Shown: positions 1 through 8,357, numbered from the stretch's first letter. The stretch: DNA of 32,000 nt from an uncultured Desulfobacterales bacterium (GCA_964475045.1 CAYYVD010000005.1:1-32000), one strand, 5' to 3'. Numbers and translations: made by a program. The notes: a model not told the origin generated them from the sequence alone.

Positions 1-83
1 AGGACATCGCAGACCTCGCACGGGGCCTGGGCATTACAGAGCCTTCGTTAAAAACAGCGATTCCTTTCAGTGTATACACTTAG
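1..83 (+). CDS. 3' end of an ORF entering from the left edge (partial); possible helix-turn-helix tail of a transcription factor
   Basis: Frame 3 is open from the window edge to TAG at 81-83 and encodes ...DIADLARGLGITEPSLKTAIPFSVYT*. The IADLARGLGITEPSL segment resembles an HTH recognition segment. Only 26 codons are visible. Confidence 0.3.
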   Translation, partial: DIADLARGLGITEPSLKTAIPFSVYT

Positions 84-86
84 CAG

Positions 87-136
87 CCCTGTTTCCTTAG
101 GCATTACAAGGAAATACGGGTTATATACCAACAGGG
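87..136. terminator. Nested inverted repeats in the convergent intergenic gap (possible bidirectional terminator or stabiliser)
   Basis: TTTCCTT (92-98) pairs with AAGGAAA (108-114) across a 9-nt loop. An outer pair is CCCTGTT (87-93) with AACAGGG (130-136). No clear U-run follows on either strand. Confidence 0.25.
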
Positions 137-151
137 CGTAATAAACTCACG

Positions 152-2521
152 CTAGGAGGCTTGCTCCTCGGCCTTTCGGGCCTTCTTGATGGCCATGTAG
201 ACCCGCTCCGGGGTCAGCGGCAGCTCCTGGATCTGAACGCCTACCGCGTCGGACACGGCGTTCAGGATGGCCGGGATGGTGGGCATGATGGCGCCCTCGC
301 CCACCTCCTTCGCCCCGAAGGGGCCGTTGGGTTCGTTGCTCTCCACGATGATGGCGTCCACGTTGGGCATGTCCAGGGCCGTGGGGATCTTGTACTCGGC
401 CAGGTTGGCGTTCAGGATACGTCCCCTGTCGTCGAACTTGACCTCCTCGAACAGGGCTTCACCCAGGCCCATGGAAAGGGAGCCCTGCATCTGGGCCTCC
501 ACCGAGGTGACATTGATGGCAAACCCGCAGTCATGGGCGTCGGTCATGCGCTCCACGGTGACCTTGCCCGTTTCCATGTCCACGCTCACCTCCACTACCT
601 GGGCGCTGGGACCGTAGGCCGGGGAGGTGCCGACCGCCGCCCCCTTGAACTTTCCGCCCAGCTCGCCGGGCTTGTACTTCCCGGTGCCCACGATGGTGCC
701 CCGTTCGAGGTAAGCGTTGCGCGCCGCTTCCCGGAAGGTCAGCGCCTCGTCGTCCGGCGGGTTGTCCAGGAACCCCCGGTGCTCCTTGATGTAACGGGTC
801 CGCAGGGTGCTGAAATCGGGGGTTCGGCCGCTGAAGACGATGTGCCCGTCCTTGACGTCCAGCTCCTGAAAGGGGACCTTGAGGGTGTCGGCGAGCACCT
901 CGAGCACTTGGCGCTTGGCGTCCTCGGCCGCCTGCTTGGTGGCGTGACCCGTCATGAGGGTCTGCCGGCTCGAGTAGGCCCCCAGGTCCACGCTGTACTC
1001 CGTGTCCCCGGAGCTGATGCGGACGTGGTCCAGGGGAACGCCCAAAGCCTCCGCGGCGATCATGGCCATGGCGGTGTCCGAGCCCTGGCCGATCTCGGCG
1101 GACCCGGTGAGGACGTGGGCCGTGCCTCCGTCCTCACTCAGCTTGACCACCACGGTGGAGTGGGCCGTGTCCGAGCGATAGATGGGGTAGCCCGCCCCGG
1201 ACACGAAAAATCCGCAGGCCATGCCCACCCCGCGTCCCTTGGGCATCTTGCCCCGTTTTTCCTTCCACCCCGACCCCTCGGCCACCGCCTCGATGCACTC
1301 CCGCATGCCGAAGCTGCTGACGTTCAGGTCGTTGCAGGTGATGTCCCCGGCGCCCATGGCGTTCTTGAGGCGGAGCTCCAGGGGGTCCATGCCGAGCTCG
1401 TCGGCGATGAGGTCGATCTGCTGCTCCCAGGCCGCCCGGGCCGCTACGCCGCCATGGCCGCGCTGGGCCCCGCAGGTGGGCTTGTTCGTGTAGACGCGCC
1501 AGCCGTCGTACTTCATGTTGGGAAGACGGTAGGGCGCGCCGAGCAGGGAACCTGCGTAGTAGACCGTGGCGATGCCGAAGCTGGTGTAGGCCCCTCCGTC
1601 GAGCGTGCACTCGTTGGTCAGGGCCATGAGGGTGCCGTCCTTCTTCACCCCCGTGGTCAGGGTGTGCTTGAACTGGTGCCTGGCCCGGGAGAAGAGGAAG
1701 ACCTGCTCCCGGGTGTAGTTCATCTTGACCGGCTTGCCGGTCTTCATGGAGAGGAGGCAGGAGGCCAGCTCCATGGTGTTGGTCCCGGCCTTGGGCCCGA
1801 AGCCGCCGCCCACGTAGGGCTTGACCACCCTCACCTTGCCCACGGGAATCCCCAAAACCATGGCCACGATGCGCTGAACATAGTGGGGGACCTGGGTGGA
1901 GGTATGGAGGGCCAGATAGCCGTTCAGGTCGAACTGGGCGAGGACGCCGTTGGGCTCCAGAAAGGCCGCATCCTGGCGTTTGTTGAGAAAGATATCCGTA
2001 CGGACGAGGTCGCACTCCTGGAAGGCCTCTTCCACGTTTCCGAATTCCTGGTGGACCTCGGCACAGATGTTGCCGGCGTACTTCTCGTGGAGCTGCGGGG
2101 CCCCTTCGGCCATGGCCTCCTCCACCGTGAGAAGGGCCGGCAGCTCCTCGTAGTCCACCCGGATCAGGGACACGGCCTCCCGGGCGGTCTCCGGATCGAC
2201 CGCCGCCACGGCCGCGATCTCGTCGCCCACGTAGCGCACCCGCTCGTGGCAGAAGACGTTTTCATCGAAGCGTGCGGGGCTGACACCGTAGGTCACGAGC
2301 CCGGCGTCCTCGGCCGTGACCACGGACTTGACCCCCGGAAGCCTCCGGGCGGCCGAGGTGTCGATGTTCAGGATCCGGCCGTGGGCGATGGGGCTCTGGA
2401 GCAGTGCCCCGAAAAGCATGCCCGGCAGGGTGAGGTCGTCGATGTACATGGCGCGGCCCGTACACTTGTCCGGGGCATCCAGGCGGGGCGCTCTGCGGTT
2501 GATCACACTGTAGGAAGCCAT
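152..2521 (-). CDS. Xanthine dehydrogenase/aldehyde oxidase-family molybdopterin-binding large subunit (4-hydroxybenzoyl-CoA reductase alpha-like)
   Basis: ORF of about 790 aa with an N-terminal RLDAPDKCTGRAMYIDDL a/b-hammerhead signature, KPYVGGGFGPK, and C-terminal PFGAKEVGEG. GGAGGA lies 5 nt before the second ATG (2521), so that start is preferred over 2527. Confidence 0.9.
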   Translation of the reverse strand: MASYSVINRRAPRLDAPDKCTGRAMYIDDLTLPGMLFGALLQSPIAHGRILNIDTSAARRLPGVKSVVTAEDAGLVTYGVSPARFDENVFCHERVRYVGDEIAAVAAVDPETAREAVSLIRVDYEELPALLTVEEAMAEGAPQLHEKYAGNICAEVHQEFGNVEEAFQECDLVRTDIFLNKRQDAAFLEPNGVLAQFDLNGYLALHTSTQVPHYVQRIVAMVLGIPVGKVRVVKPYVGGGFGPKAGTNTMELASCLLSMKTGKPVKMNYTREQVFLFSRARHQFKHTLTTGVKKDGTLMALTNECTLDGGAYTSFGIATVYYAGSLLGAPYRLPNMKYDGWRVYTNKPTCGAQRGHGGVAARAAWEQQIDLIADELGMDPLELRLKNAMGAGDITCNDLNVSSFGMRECIEAVAEGSGWKEKRGKMPKGRGVGMACGFFVSGAGYPIYRSDTAHSTVVVKLSEDGGTAHVLTGSAEIGQGSDTAMAMIAAEALGVPLDHVRISSGDTEYSVDLGAYSSRQTLMTGHATKQAAEDAKRQVLEVLADTLKVPFQELDVKDGHIVFSGRTPDFSTLRTRYIKEHRGFLDNPPDDEALTFREAARNAYLERGTIVGTGKYKPGELGGKFKGAAVGTSPAYGPSAQVVEVSVDMETGKVTVERMTDAHDCGFAINVTSVEAQMQGSLSMGLGEALFEEVKFDDRGRILNANLAEYKIPTALDMPNVDAIIVESNEPNGPFGAKEVGEGAIMPTIPAILNAVSDAVGVQIQELPLTPERVYMAIKKARKAEEQAS

Positions 2522-2597
2522 ATGCATCCTCCTTCATGGGGCGTCGGGGCGACAGGGCCTTCGACGGCGTTCGGGTTCGAGCCGGCTCGAGGGACGA

Positions 2598-3065
2598 TCA
2601 GCTCCGCCTCTCTCCTGCGGCCTGGATCGCCTCGACGATTTTCTGGTACCCCGTGCAGCGGCAGAGATTGCCCGAGATGGCGGTGCGGATCTCGTGCTCG
2701 TCAGGGGAGGGGTTTCGCTCGAGCAGGCTCTTCCCGGTCAGGATCATGCCCGAGGTGCAGAACCCGCATTGCACGGCGCCGTGGTCCACAAAGGCCTGCT
2801 GAACCGGATCCAGCCCTTGGTCCGTCTCCACCCCTTCGATGGTGGTCACGGTCCGGCCGTTTGCCTGGACCGCCAGGACGAGGCAGGAGTTCACCGGGCG
2901 GCCGTCCAGCAGGACCGTGCAGGACCCGCAGTCGCCCACCTCGCAGCCCTTCTTGGTGCCGGTGAGTCCCAGGTCCTGACGAAGCATGTCCGCGAGGGTC
3001 TGGTTCGGAGGCACGGCCACCTCCACGTTCCGTTCGTTGATCATCAGGCTGATGAGTCGCTTCAT
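2598..3065 (-). CDS. [2Fe-2S]x2 small subunit of the XDH-family enzyme
   Basis: 155 aa. CEVGDCGSCTV is a plant-type cluster motif; CGFCTSGM...CRCTGY is the second cluster. GGAGG sits 8 nt upstream of the ATG. Confidence 0.92.
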   Translation of the reverse strand: MKRLISLMINERNVEVAVPPNQTLADMLRQDLGLTGTKKGCEVGDCGSCTVLLDGRPVNSCLVLAVQANGRTVTTIEGVETDQGLDPVQQAFVDHGAVQCGFCTSGMILTGKSLLERNPSPDEHEIRTAISGNLCRCTGYQKIVEAIQAAGERRS

Positions 3066-3119
3066 GGTGTTTTCCTCCGGAATGTGCGGTTCGGCGTCTT
3101 GGACGCGACCGGTTCGCGG

Positions 3120-3992
3120 TCAGGACCGGGCGCGCTCCAGGGCCGTCTCGAGGGCCCTGCGGGTGAGGACGGAGACCATGTCACGCCGGTACTCCGCCGA
3201 GGCGCGGAAGTCGTCGATGGGCTTGGCGTCCCGGGCCGCCTCCTCGCCGGCCCGGCGAAAGAGCTCTGTGGACGCCGTCTCGCCCACCAGGGCATTCTCG
3301 GCGAAGGGGGCTCGAATGGGGACCGGCGCAACCGCTCCCAGGACCACGCGCGCCGTTTCGATCTTGTCCCCGTCCAGGGACAGGTAGGTTGCGACGTTCA
3401 CGATGGAGATCTCCAGGGTCTGCCGCACCCCCAGCTTGATGTAGGCGGCGCCGGATCTCTCGGGCGGCGTCGGAAGGTGAACGGACTCCAGGAGCTCGTC
3501 CGCGCCGGCCACGGTCACGCCCGGACCCTGGAAGAAGTCCTCCAGGGGCACCGTCCGCTCCCCCGACGGCCCGACCAGGATCACCTGGGCCCCGTAAGCC
3601 ATGAGCGGCGGGGGAAGGTCCGCCGCCGGACGGGCCGAGACCAGGTTTCCCGCCAGGGTGGCCAGGTTCCGGATCAGGGGGGACCCCAGCCGGGAGGCCC
3701 CGTCGGCCAGGGCCGGGTACCTCCGGCGGATTTCCTCGGACTCGGCCAGTTCGGCCGAGGTCGTACATGCCCCGATCCGATAGGCGTCTCCCGAGGATCC
3801 CAACATGCGCAGTTCCTCGATACGGCCGAGCGAGACCAGGTGCTCGGGCGAGAGGACCCTCTTCTTCATATGGACGAGCAGGTCCGTGCCGCCGGCCAGC
3901 GGCCGGGCCGTCTTCCCCAGGTCTCCCATGAGGCGGCGGGCCTCTTCCATTCCCGAGGGTTCGTGGTACTCGAAGCGGGGCAAAAGCATCAT
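3120..3992 (-). CDS. FAD-binding medium subunit of the XDH-family enzyme (CoxM/HcrB-like), lacking any Cys-rich insertion
   Basis: 290 aa with the LAGGTDLLVHMK FAD-binding motif. It contains one cysteine in total. GGGAGG sits 5 nt upstream of the ATG. Confidence 0.9.
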   Translation of the reverse strand: MMLLPRFEYHEPSGMEEARRLMGDLGKTARPLAGGTDLLVHMKKRVLSPEHLVSLGRIEELRMLGSSGDAYRIGACTTSAELAESEEIRRRYPALADGASRLGSPLIRNLATLAGNLVSARPAADLPPPLMAYGAQVILVGPSGERTVPLEDFFQGPGVTVAGADELLESVHLPTPPERSGAAYIKLGVRQTLEISIVNVATYLSLDGDKIETARVVLGAVAPVPIRAPFAENALVGETASTELFRRAGEEAARDAKPIDDFRASAEYRRDMVSVLTRRALETALERARS

Positions 3993-4026
3993 GGTTCCCT
4001 CCCTTGGCGTGGTGCAGGGTCGAAAG

Positions 4027-4602
4027 TTAAGGTCGGTCTCCCCACCGTTTGAACAGGGTGTGCTCGATTCCCAGAAAGTCGAACACCTTGCCGATGGTCT
4101 GGTCCAGGATGTCCTCGATGGTCTTGGGGTCGTGGTAGAAGGACGGCACCGGAGGCAGGATGTGGGCCCCGAGATCCGCCGCCAGGCTCATGAGCCTGAG
4201 GTGACCTTTGTGGAGTGGGGTCTCCCGCACCACCAGCACGAGCTTTCGCTTCTCCTTGAGGGTCACGTCCGCGGCCCGAATGAGAAGGTTCGTGTTGAAG
4301 GAGTTGGCGATCCCCGACAGGGTCTTGATGGTGCACGGTACCACCACCATCCCGTCAGTGAGAAAGGATCCGCTCGCCAGGGCGGCGCCCACGTCCCGGT
4401 TGTCGTAGACCCGGGTGGCCATGCTAGCCACGTCCTCGGCGCGAAGGGCCGTCTCGATCTCGATGTTCTGTCTTCCGGACTCGGACAGAATGAGGTGGGT
4501 CTCCACGCCGGTGCCCTGCAGATGCTCCAGCAGCCTCACCCCGTAGATGACGCCGCTCGCACCGGAAATCCCGACCACCAGCCGTTTGGTTCCGTGTTTC
4601 AC
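4027..4602 (-). CDS. ubiX: UbiX-type flavin prenyltransferase (prFMN synthase)
   Basis: 191 aa with the KRLVVGISGASGVIYG N-terminus typical of UbiX/Pad1. The GTG start follows GGGAGG and forms a GTGA overlap with the stop of the upstream gene (4599-4602). Confidence 0.9.
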   Translation of the reverse strand: MKHGTKRLVVGISGASGVIYGVRLLEHLQGTGVETHLILSESGRQNIEIETALRAEDVASMATRVYDNRDVGAALASGSFLTDGMVVVPCTIKTLSGIANSFNTNLLIRAADVTLKEKRKLVLVVRETPLHKGHLRLMSLAADLGAHILPPVPSFYHDPKTIEDILDQTIGKVFDFLGIEHTLFKRWGDRP

Positions 4603-5834
4603 ACATCGCCTCCCTTCCTGTCAGAGAGCACCTCCAGGGCCTCCCGGACCACGGCCTCGGCAAAGCCGGGGTCCTCCATGTTCGCGTCCACCTCCACGAC
4701 GGGAATCCGCCGGTCCAGAAGACGCCTCATCTCCTGAACGAACCTCTGATCCTCTCCGGGATCATACGTGGGATTTCCCGGCGCGTCCACCGAGGACCAC
4801 CCCTTGCGGGGGATCACCACCCGAACGGGTCCCCGGGCCTGGTTGAGCTTGCGGGCGAACTCCGCCGCCACCTGCCTCAGCTCGTCGGGGCCGTGCCGGA
4901 TCCAGGTCCGGTGCTTGTCCAGATCATACTTCCTCCGCTCGGCGTACTCGGGCTTGTACTTGCGTTTGGCCGGCGTCATGTGGTTCACGCTGCAGGTGGA
5001 CACGATCTGGGGAATGCCCGCCCGGCCTGCTGACTCCAGGCGGTCCGGACCGGCATCCCTCATGAACCCGAAGAGGTGTTCCCCCACGCCGCCCGGGGCC
5101 AGGTCCACCACCGCCTGGAACAGGCCCTCCCGAATCATGGCTTCCATGGCCCGGTCCCCGATGCCGGCCGCAGAGAACCCGGTCACCTGCAGCCCTTCGG
5201 CCTCCAGGGCCCGGCGAACGGCGCTGGCGCACTGCTCGCAGGGGCCCAGCATGGTCAGGGCCACGGCCCGGCCGTCTCGAGCGTGCGGGGAGGCCACGTC
5301 GTCCTGCACCATGCCGGCCACGGCATGGGCCGCGCGGTCCAGGACGTTCCGGAGCAGGGCGGTGACGCCGGAGATCTCCACGACGGAGTGAAACAGCGCA
5401 ATGTCGCCGGTGCCGATGTACCGTGTAGAGAGCCCCGGAAGGGCGGCCGTGGAGGAGACCATGAGCTTGGGCACCCCAAAGGGGAGGGCCCGCATGACCT
5501 CGGTGGCCATGAGGGAGCCCGTGGACCCTCCGAGCCCCACGACGCCGTGGACGCGGCCTTCGGCATGGAGCCCCCCGGCGATCCTGGAGGCGCCGTCGAT
5601 GGTGATGTTGGTGATCCGGGATCGCTCCCTCGAGGCATGAATCTCCTCCAGGGAGCTGCCGCCCGCCACGGCCACCCGGGCGGGCGGAATGTCCGCCGGG
5701 GAGGCAGCGTCCCCGCGCATGGACAGGTCCATGAGGAGGGTCTCGAGACCGAGTCGCTGCAGCTTGTCCCGCAGGTATAGCGTCTCCGGGCCCTTGGTGT
5801 CCAGGGTGGAGATCACGAGAACGGTCTTCGGCAT
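4599..5834 (-). CDS. UPF0261 / Tm-1-like ATP-binding domain protein, function unknown
   Basis: The KTVLVISTLDTKGPETLYLRDKL N-terminus matches my memory of the UPF0261 family. AAGGAG lies 9 nt before ATG 5834, so the upstream ATG at 5873 is probably not the start. Confidence 0.75.
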   Translation of the reverse strand: MPKTVLVISTLDTKGPETLYLRDKLQRLGLETLLMDLSMRGDAASPADIPPARVAVAGGSSLEEIHASRERSRITNITIDGASRIAGGLHAEGRVHGVVGLGGSTGSLMATEVMRALPFGVPKLMVSSTAALPGLSTRYIGTGDIALFHSVVEISGVTALLRNVLDRAAHAVAGMVQDDVASPHARDGRAVALTMLGPCEQCASAVRRALEAEGLQVTGFSAAGIGDRAMEAMIREGLFQAVVDLAPGGVGEHLFGFMRDAGPDRLESAGRAGIPQIVSTCSVNHMTPAKRKYKPEYAERRKYDLDKHRTWIRHGPDELRQVAAEFARKLNQARGPVRVVIPRKGWSSVDAPGNPTYDPGEDQRFVQEMRRLLDRRIPVVEVDANMEDPGFAEAVVREALEVLSDRKGGDV

Positions 5835-5863
5835 GGGGTGCGGCTCCTTGTCTTGATGCGGGA

Positions 5864-5915
5864 AATGGCTCACCGTTGGATGTCACATGATTTTCCGAAA
5901 CGGAATGGCTCACCG
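5864..5915 (-). promoter_or_regulatory. Two exact 12-nt direct repeats in the intergenic region upstream of the UPF0261-ubiX genes
   Basis: AATGGCTCACCG occurs at 5864-5875 and 5904-5915 (CGGTGAGCCATT on the coding strand), 40 bp start to start. Confidence 0.4.
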
Positions 5916-5916
5916 C

Positions 5917-5986
5917 GAAGAAAACGCGCTTTGCGCGTCTCCCGCAGAGGCCGGCCGGCGCGGATCCGGGCGGGGACCCGCGCCGG
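5917..5986 (-). terminator. Two stem-loops just downstream of the CoA-ligase stop; the second resembles an intrinsic terminator
   Basis: On the minus strand a GC hairpin forms from CCGGCGCGG (5955-5963) and CCGCGCCGG (5978-5986). It is followed by ACGCGC-AAA-GCGCGT (5924-5938) and then TTTTCTTC. Confidence 0.4.
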
Positions 5987-5992
5987 CGCACC

Positions 5993-7651
5993 CTAAGAGG
6001 CCTGCTCCGCGGCCACCTGCTCCGCAATCATCTTCTTGAGGGTCTCCTTGTTCACCTTGCCCGAGTCCCCCACGGCCGGGAACTCGTCCACGATCTCGAG
6101 CCGCTCGGGGATCTTGTACTTGGCCAGCTGCTTGTCGATGAGGAAGTCCTTCATCTCGTCGAAGGTGAAGGCCTCCCCCTGCTTGGGAATCACATAGGCG
6201 CAGCAGCGCTCTCCCATCTCACGGTCCGGGTAGCCCACAATGGCCACGGAGGAGACCTTGGGGTGCTCGTTGAGCAGGCCTTCGATCTCGGCGGGGTAGA
6301 TGTTCTGCCCCCCGCGAATGACCATGTCCTTGGCCCGGCCCAGGATCCAGAGACAGCCCTGGTCGAACTTGACGATGTCTTCCGTGGTGCACCATCCGTC
6401 CTCGTCGAACACGGTGGCGGTGAGCTCCTCGTCCCGGTAGTACCCGGCCGGTGCGTGGGGACCGCGAAAGTAGAGGATTCCGGGCTCACCGTCGGGCACC
6501 ACGTTCCCCTCCTCGTCCACGAGCCTCACCTTGTTGCCGGGCAGCATCCGTCCCACGGTGCGCCTTCGAAGCTCCGGCGGGTCCTCGACACGGCACCCGG
6601 AGACCGAGCCCTTGTCCTGGGTTCCCAGGTCGCTCGTGATGGATGCCTGAAAGGCCGCCTCGGCCTCCTCGGCCACCTGCGGCGACAGGTATCCGCCTGC
6701 CGAGCGGATGAACCGAAGGGAGCTCAGGTCGTACTTGGAGGGGTCCGCCTCGAGCATTCGAATGAGGTGGGTCGGCACCACGCCGATGGCCGTTGCGCCC
6801 TCCTTTTGAATGAGCTCCAGGGCCCCTTCCGGTGTGAACTCCTCCAGCATGACCGTCTTGGCGCCCGCCAGCGGGGCGGCGAAGTAGGTGAGGGTGCCGG
6901 CCGCTCCTCCGGCATGGGGGGCGATGGCCATGGTGATGTCGTCCCGGTTCAGCCCCCAGATGTCCACGCGGCCTTTGGATGTGCAGACCCGGGGCGCCGT
7001 GGGCCACTCCACGAGCTTGGGGATCCCGGTGGTGCCGCTCGTGGTGGTGAGAAGGGCCACGTCCCAGCAGGAATCCAGCCTCCGTTCCTGGAGCATACCC
7101 TCGTCCACGGGCTTCTCGGCGCGCTCGTAGGCGAGCCGGGTCAGGGAGTAGGTGCCTTCCGGGGCGTCCGCCGGCACCTCGTCGTCGAACAGGAAGAAGT
7201 GCTTCAGGTGCGGAAACTGCTGCTGGAGCCCCCGGTACATGTCCAGGTAGTCGAAGTTGCGGTAGATCTTGGGAATCACCACCGCGGCGGCTTCGGTCTT
7301 CTCCACCATGTACTCCAGCTCGCGCTGCCGGAGGTAGGGGTAGACCGTCAGTGTGATGAGCCCCGCCCGCTCGCCGGCGATCCGGGCCAGGAACCCGAAC
7401 ACGCTGTTGGGAGACTGGATGATGATTCGGGAGGACTTGGGGATGCCCATCTCCACCCAGGCCGAGGCAATGGCGTCCACCAGGCGCTTGGCTTCGGCCC
7501 AGGTCACGCGGTACTTGGCGTCCACCAGGGCTTCCCGATCGCCCATCTCCCGGGCGTTCCGGTCGTAGAAATCATAGAAAAGCTCGTTCGTCCAGTGCCC
7601 GTCCCGGACAAACTCGTCCACCATGGCCTGCTTGTATCGAATCGGCTTCAC
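5993..7651 (-). CDS. AMP-forming aryl/acyl-CoA ligase (adenylate-forming superfamily, DhbE/EntE-like)
   Basis: 552 aa with the TTTSGTTGIPKLV P-loop, FGMAEG-like LGTQDKG, GWCTTEDI, RAKDMVIRGGQNIYPAEIE and a terminal GDSGKVNK lysine. The GTG start has GGAGGG 6 nt upstream. Confidence 0.9.
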   Translation of the reverse strand: MKPIRYKQAMVDEFVRDGHWTNELFYDFYDRNAREMGDREALVDAKYRVTWAEAKRLVDAIASAWVEMGIPKSSRIIIQSPNSVFGFLARIAGERAGLITLTVYPYLRQRELEYMVEKTEAAAVVIPKIYRNFDYLDMYRGLQQQFPHLKHFFLFDDEVPADAPEGTYSLTRLAYERAEKPVDEGMLQERRLDSCWDVALLTTTSGTTGIPKLVEWPTAPRVCTSKGRVDIWGLNRDDITMAIAPHAGGAAGTLTYFAAPLAGAKTVMLEEFTPEGALELIQKEGATAIGVVPTHLIRMLEADPSKYDLSSLRFIRSAGGYLSPQVAEEAEAAFQASITSDLGTQDKGSVSGCRVEDPPELRRRTVGRMLPGNKVRLVDEEGNVVPDGEPGILYFRGPHAPAGYYRDEELTATVFDEDGWCTTEDIVKFDQGCLWILGRAKDMVIRGGQNIYPAEIEGLLNEHPKVSSVAIVGYPDREMGERCCAYVIPKQGEAFTFDEMKDFLIDKQLAKYKIPERLEIVDEFPAVGDSGKVNKETLKKMIAEQVAAEQAS

Positions 7652-7718
7652 GTCGTTCCCTCCATTGATGTCGCATCGGTTGACCGCGAACGCCGGGGGA
7701 CTCGGGCGTCCATCGGTT

Positions 7719-8240
7719 TCACTTCTTGCCTTTGGATCCGCGCTCCCTCAGGCTGGCCTTGAAGTTGTCCCAGAACTCCTTGTTCGTGTCCTGCCAGGCG
7801 GCCCCCCACCTCCGCTCGAAGTAGGATGTGGGAAGGCGTTCCCTCCAGGCCGTCCAGGGGTTCTCCCCCTTGGCGCGGGCCTCGAAGACGTCCTCGAGGA
7901 AGACCTCGATGTTCGAGAGCTCCTCCTTGGGCAGGTAGGACAGCGCGCCCTTCTTGATGGAGCGCATCAGATGCTCCGGGGCGAACGCGTGGGCCGTCAG
8001 CATGACGGCCGGAATGTTCCGGGCCACCGCGATCTCCAGGAGGCGGTAGCCGTTCACGCCCATGATATCCAGGATGGCGAGATCGAAGGCCTCGTTCGCC
8101 AGGTGGTCCCGGGCCTCCTCGAAGGCGGCCGCCTGCACCAGCTCGCACATGGGCAGGAGCTCCTCCAGGGTGCTAAGAATGTCCCTCTCGTCGTCCACCG
8201 CCAGGATGCGTTTGCCCTCCAGGGGGCTCTTGTCCGGCAT
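7719..8240 (-). CDS. Stand-alone response-regulator receiver protein with a short Trp-rich C-terminal tail
   Basis: ILAVDDERD, DLAILDIMGVNG (phospho-Asp), MLTAHA and KKGALSYLPKE are receiver motifs. The tail of about 50 aa, ENPWTAWRERLPTSYFERRWGAAWQDTNKEFW, has no recognisable output domain. Confidence 0.85.
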   Translation of the reverse strand: MPDKSPLEGKRILAVDDERDILSTLEELLPMCELVQAAAFEEARDHLANEAFDLAILDIMGVNGYRLLEIAVARNIPAVMLTAHAFAPEHLMRSIKKGALSYLPKEELSNIEVFLEDVFEARAKGENPWTAWRERLPTSYFERRWGAAWQDTNKEFWDNFKASLRERGSKGKK

Positions 8241-8317
8241 GATTCGCTTCTCCCTTCTGTCGCATGGGCCGGGGCTCGGACCCGATCAAGCGTCGCCCGG
8301 GGGCGCCGGGGGGCGGT

Positions 8318-8345
8318 GGGGCGCCCGGGTTGCGCCGGGCGCCCC
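8318..8345. repeat. Perfect 11-bp GC-rich palindromic stem-loop 13 nt downstream of the UbiD-family stop
   Basis: GGGGCGCCCGG (8318-8328) pairs with CCGGGCGCCCC (8335-8345) across a 6-nt loop. No U-run follows. Confidence 0.5.
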
Positions 8346-8357
8346 TGGCCGGAACCG

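Noticed and set aside
2521-2527. ATG at 2527 as the start of the Moco large subunit, and similarly 5873 for UPF0261, 22936 for the SDR, 31402 for the bisPGD enzyme, 13301 for LysR-1 and 23245 for LysR-2.
   Set aside because: In most of these cases a better-spaced Shine-Dalgarno precedes an internal start codon. For LysR-2 there is no clear SD, and ATG 23245 is rejected because it lies inside the operator dyad.
161-2965. Very long antisense ORFs: 161..2965 +, 7623..9785 +, 11037..13277 +, 18109..20049 +, 23250..26093 +, 28871..31057 +, 13268..14410 -, 22933..23907 -, and many shorter ones.
   Set aside because: They lie opposite genes with clear family motifs. Their translations are Arg/Gly/Pro/Ala/His-rich low-complexity sequence, typical of stop-poor shadow frames in high-GC DNA. 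They have no RBS and no recognisable motifs.
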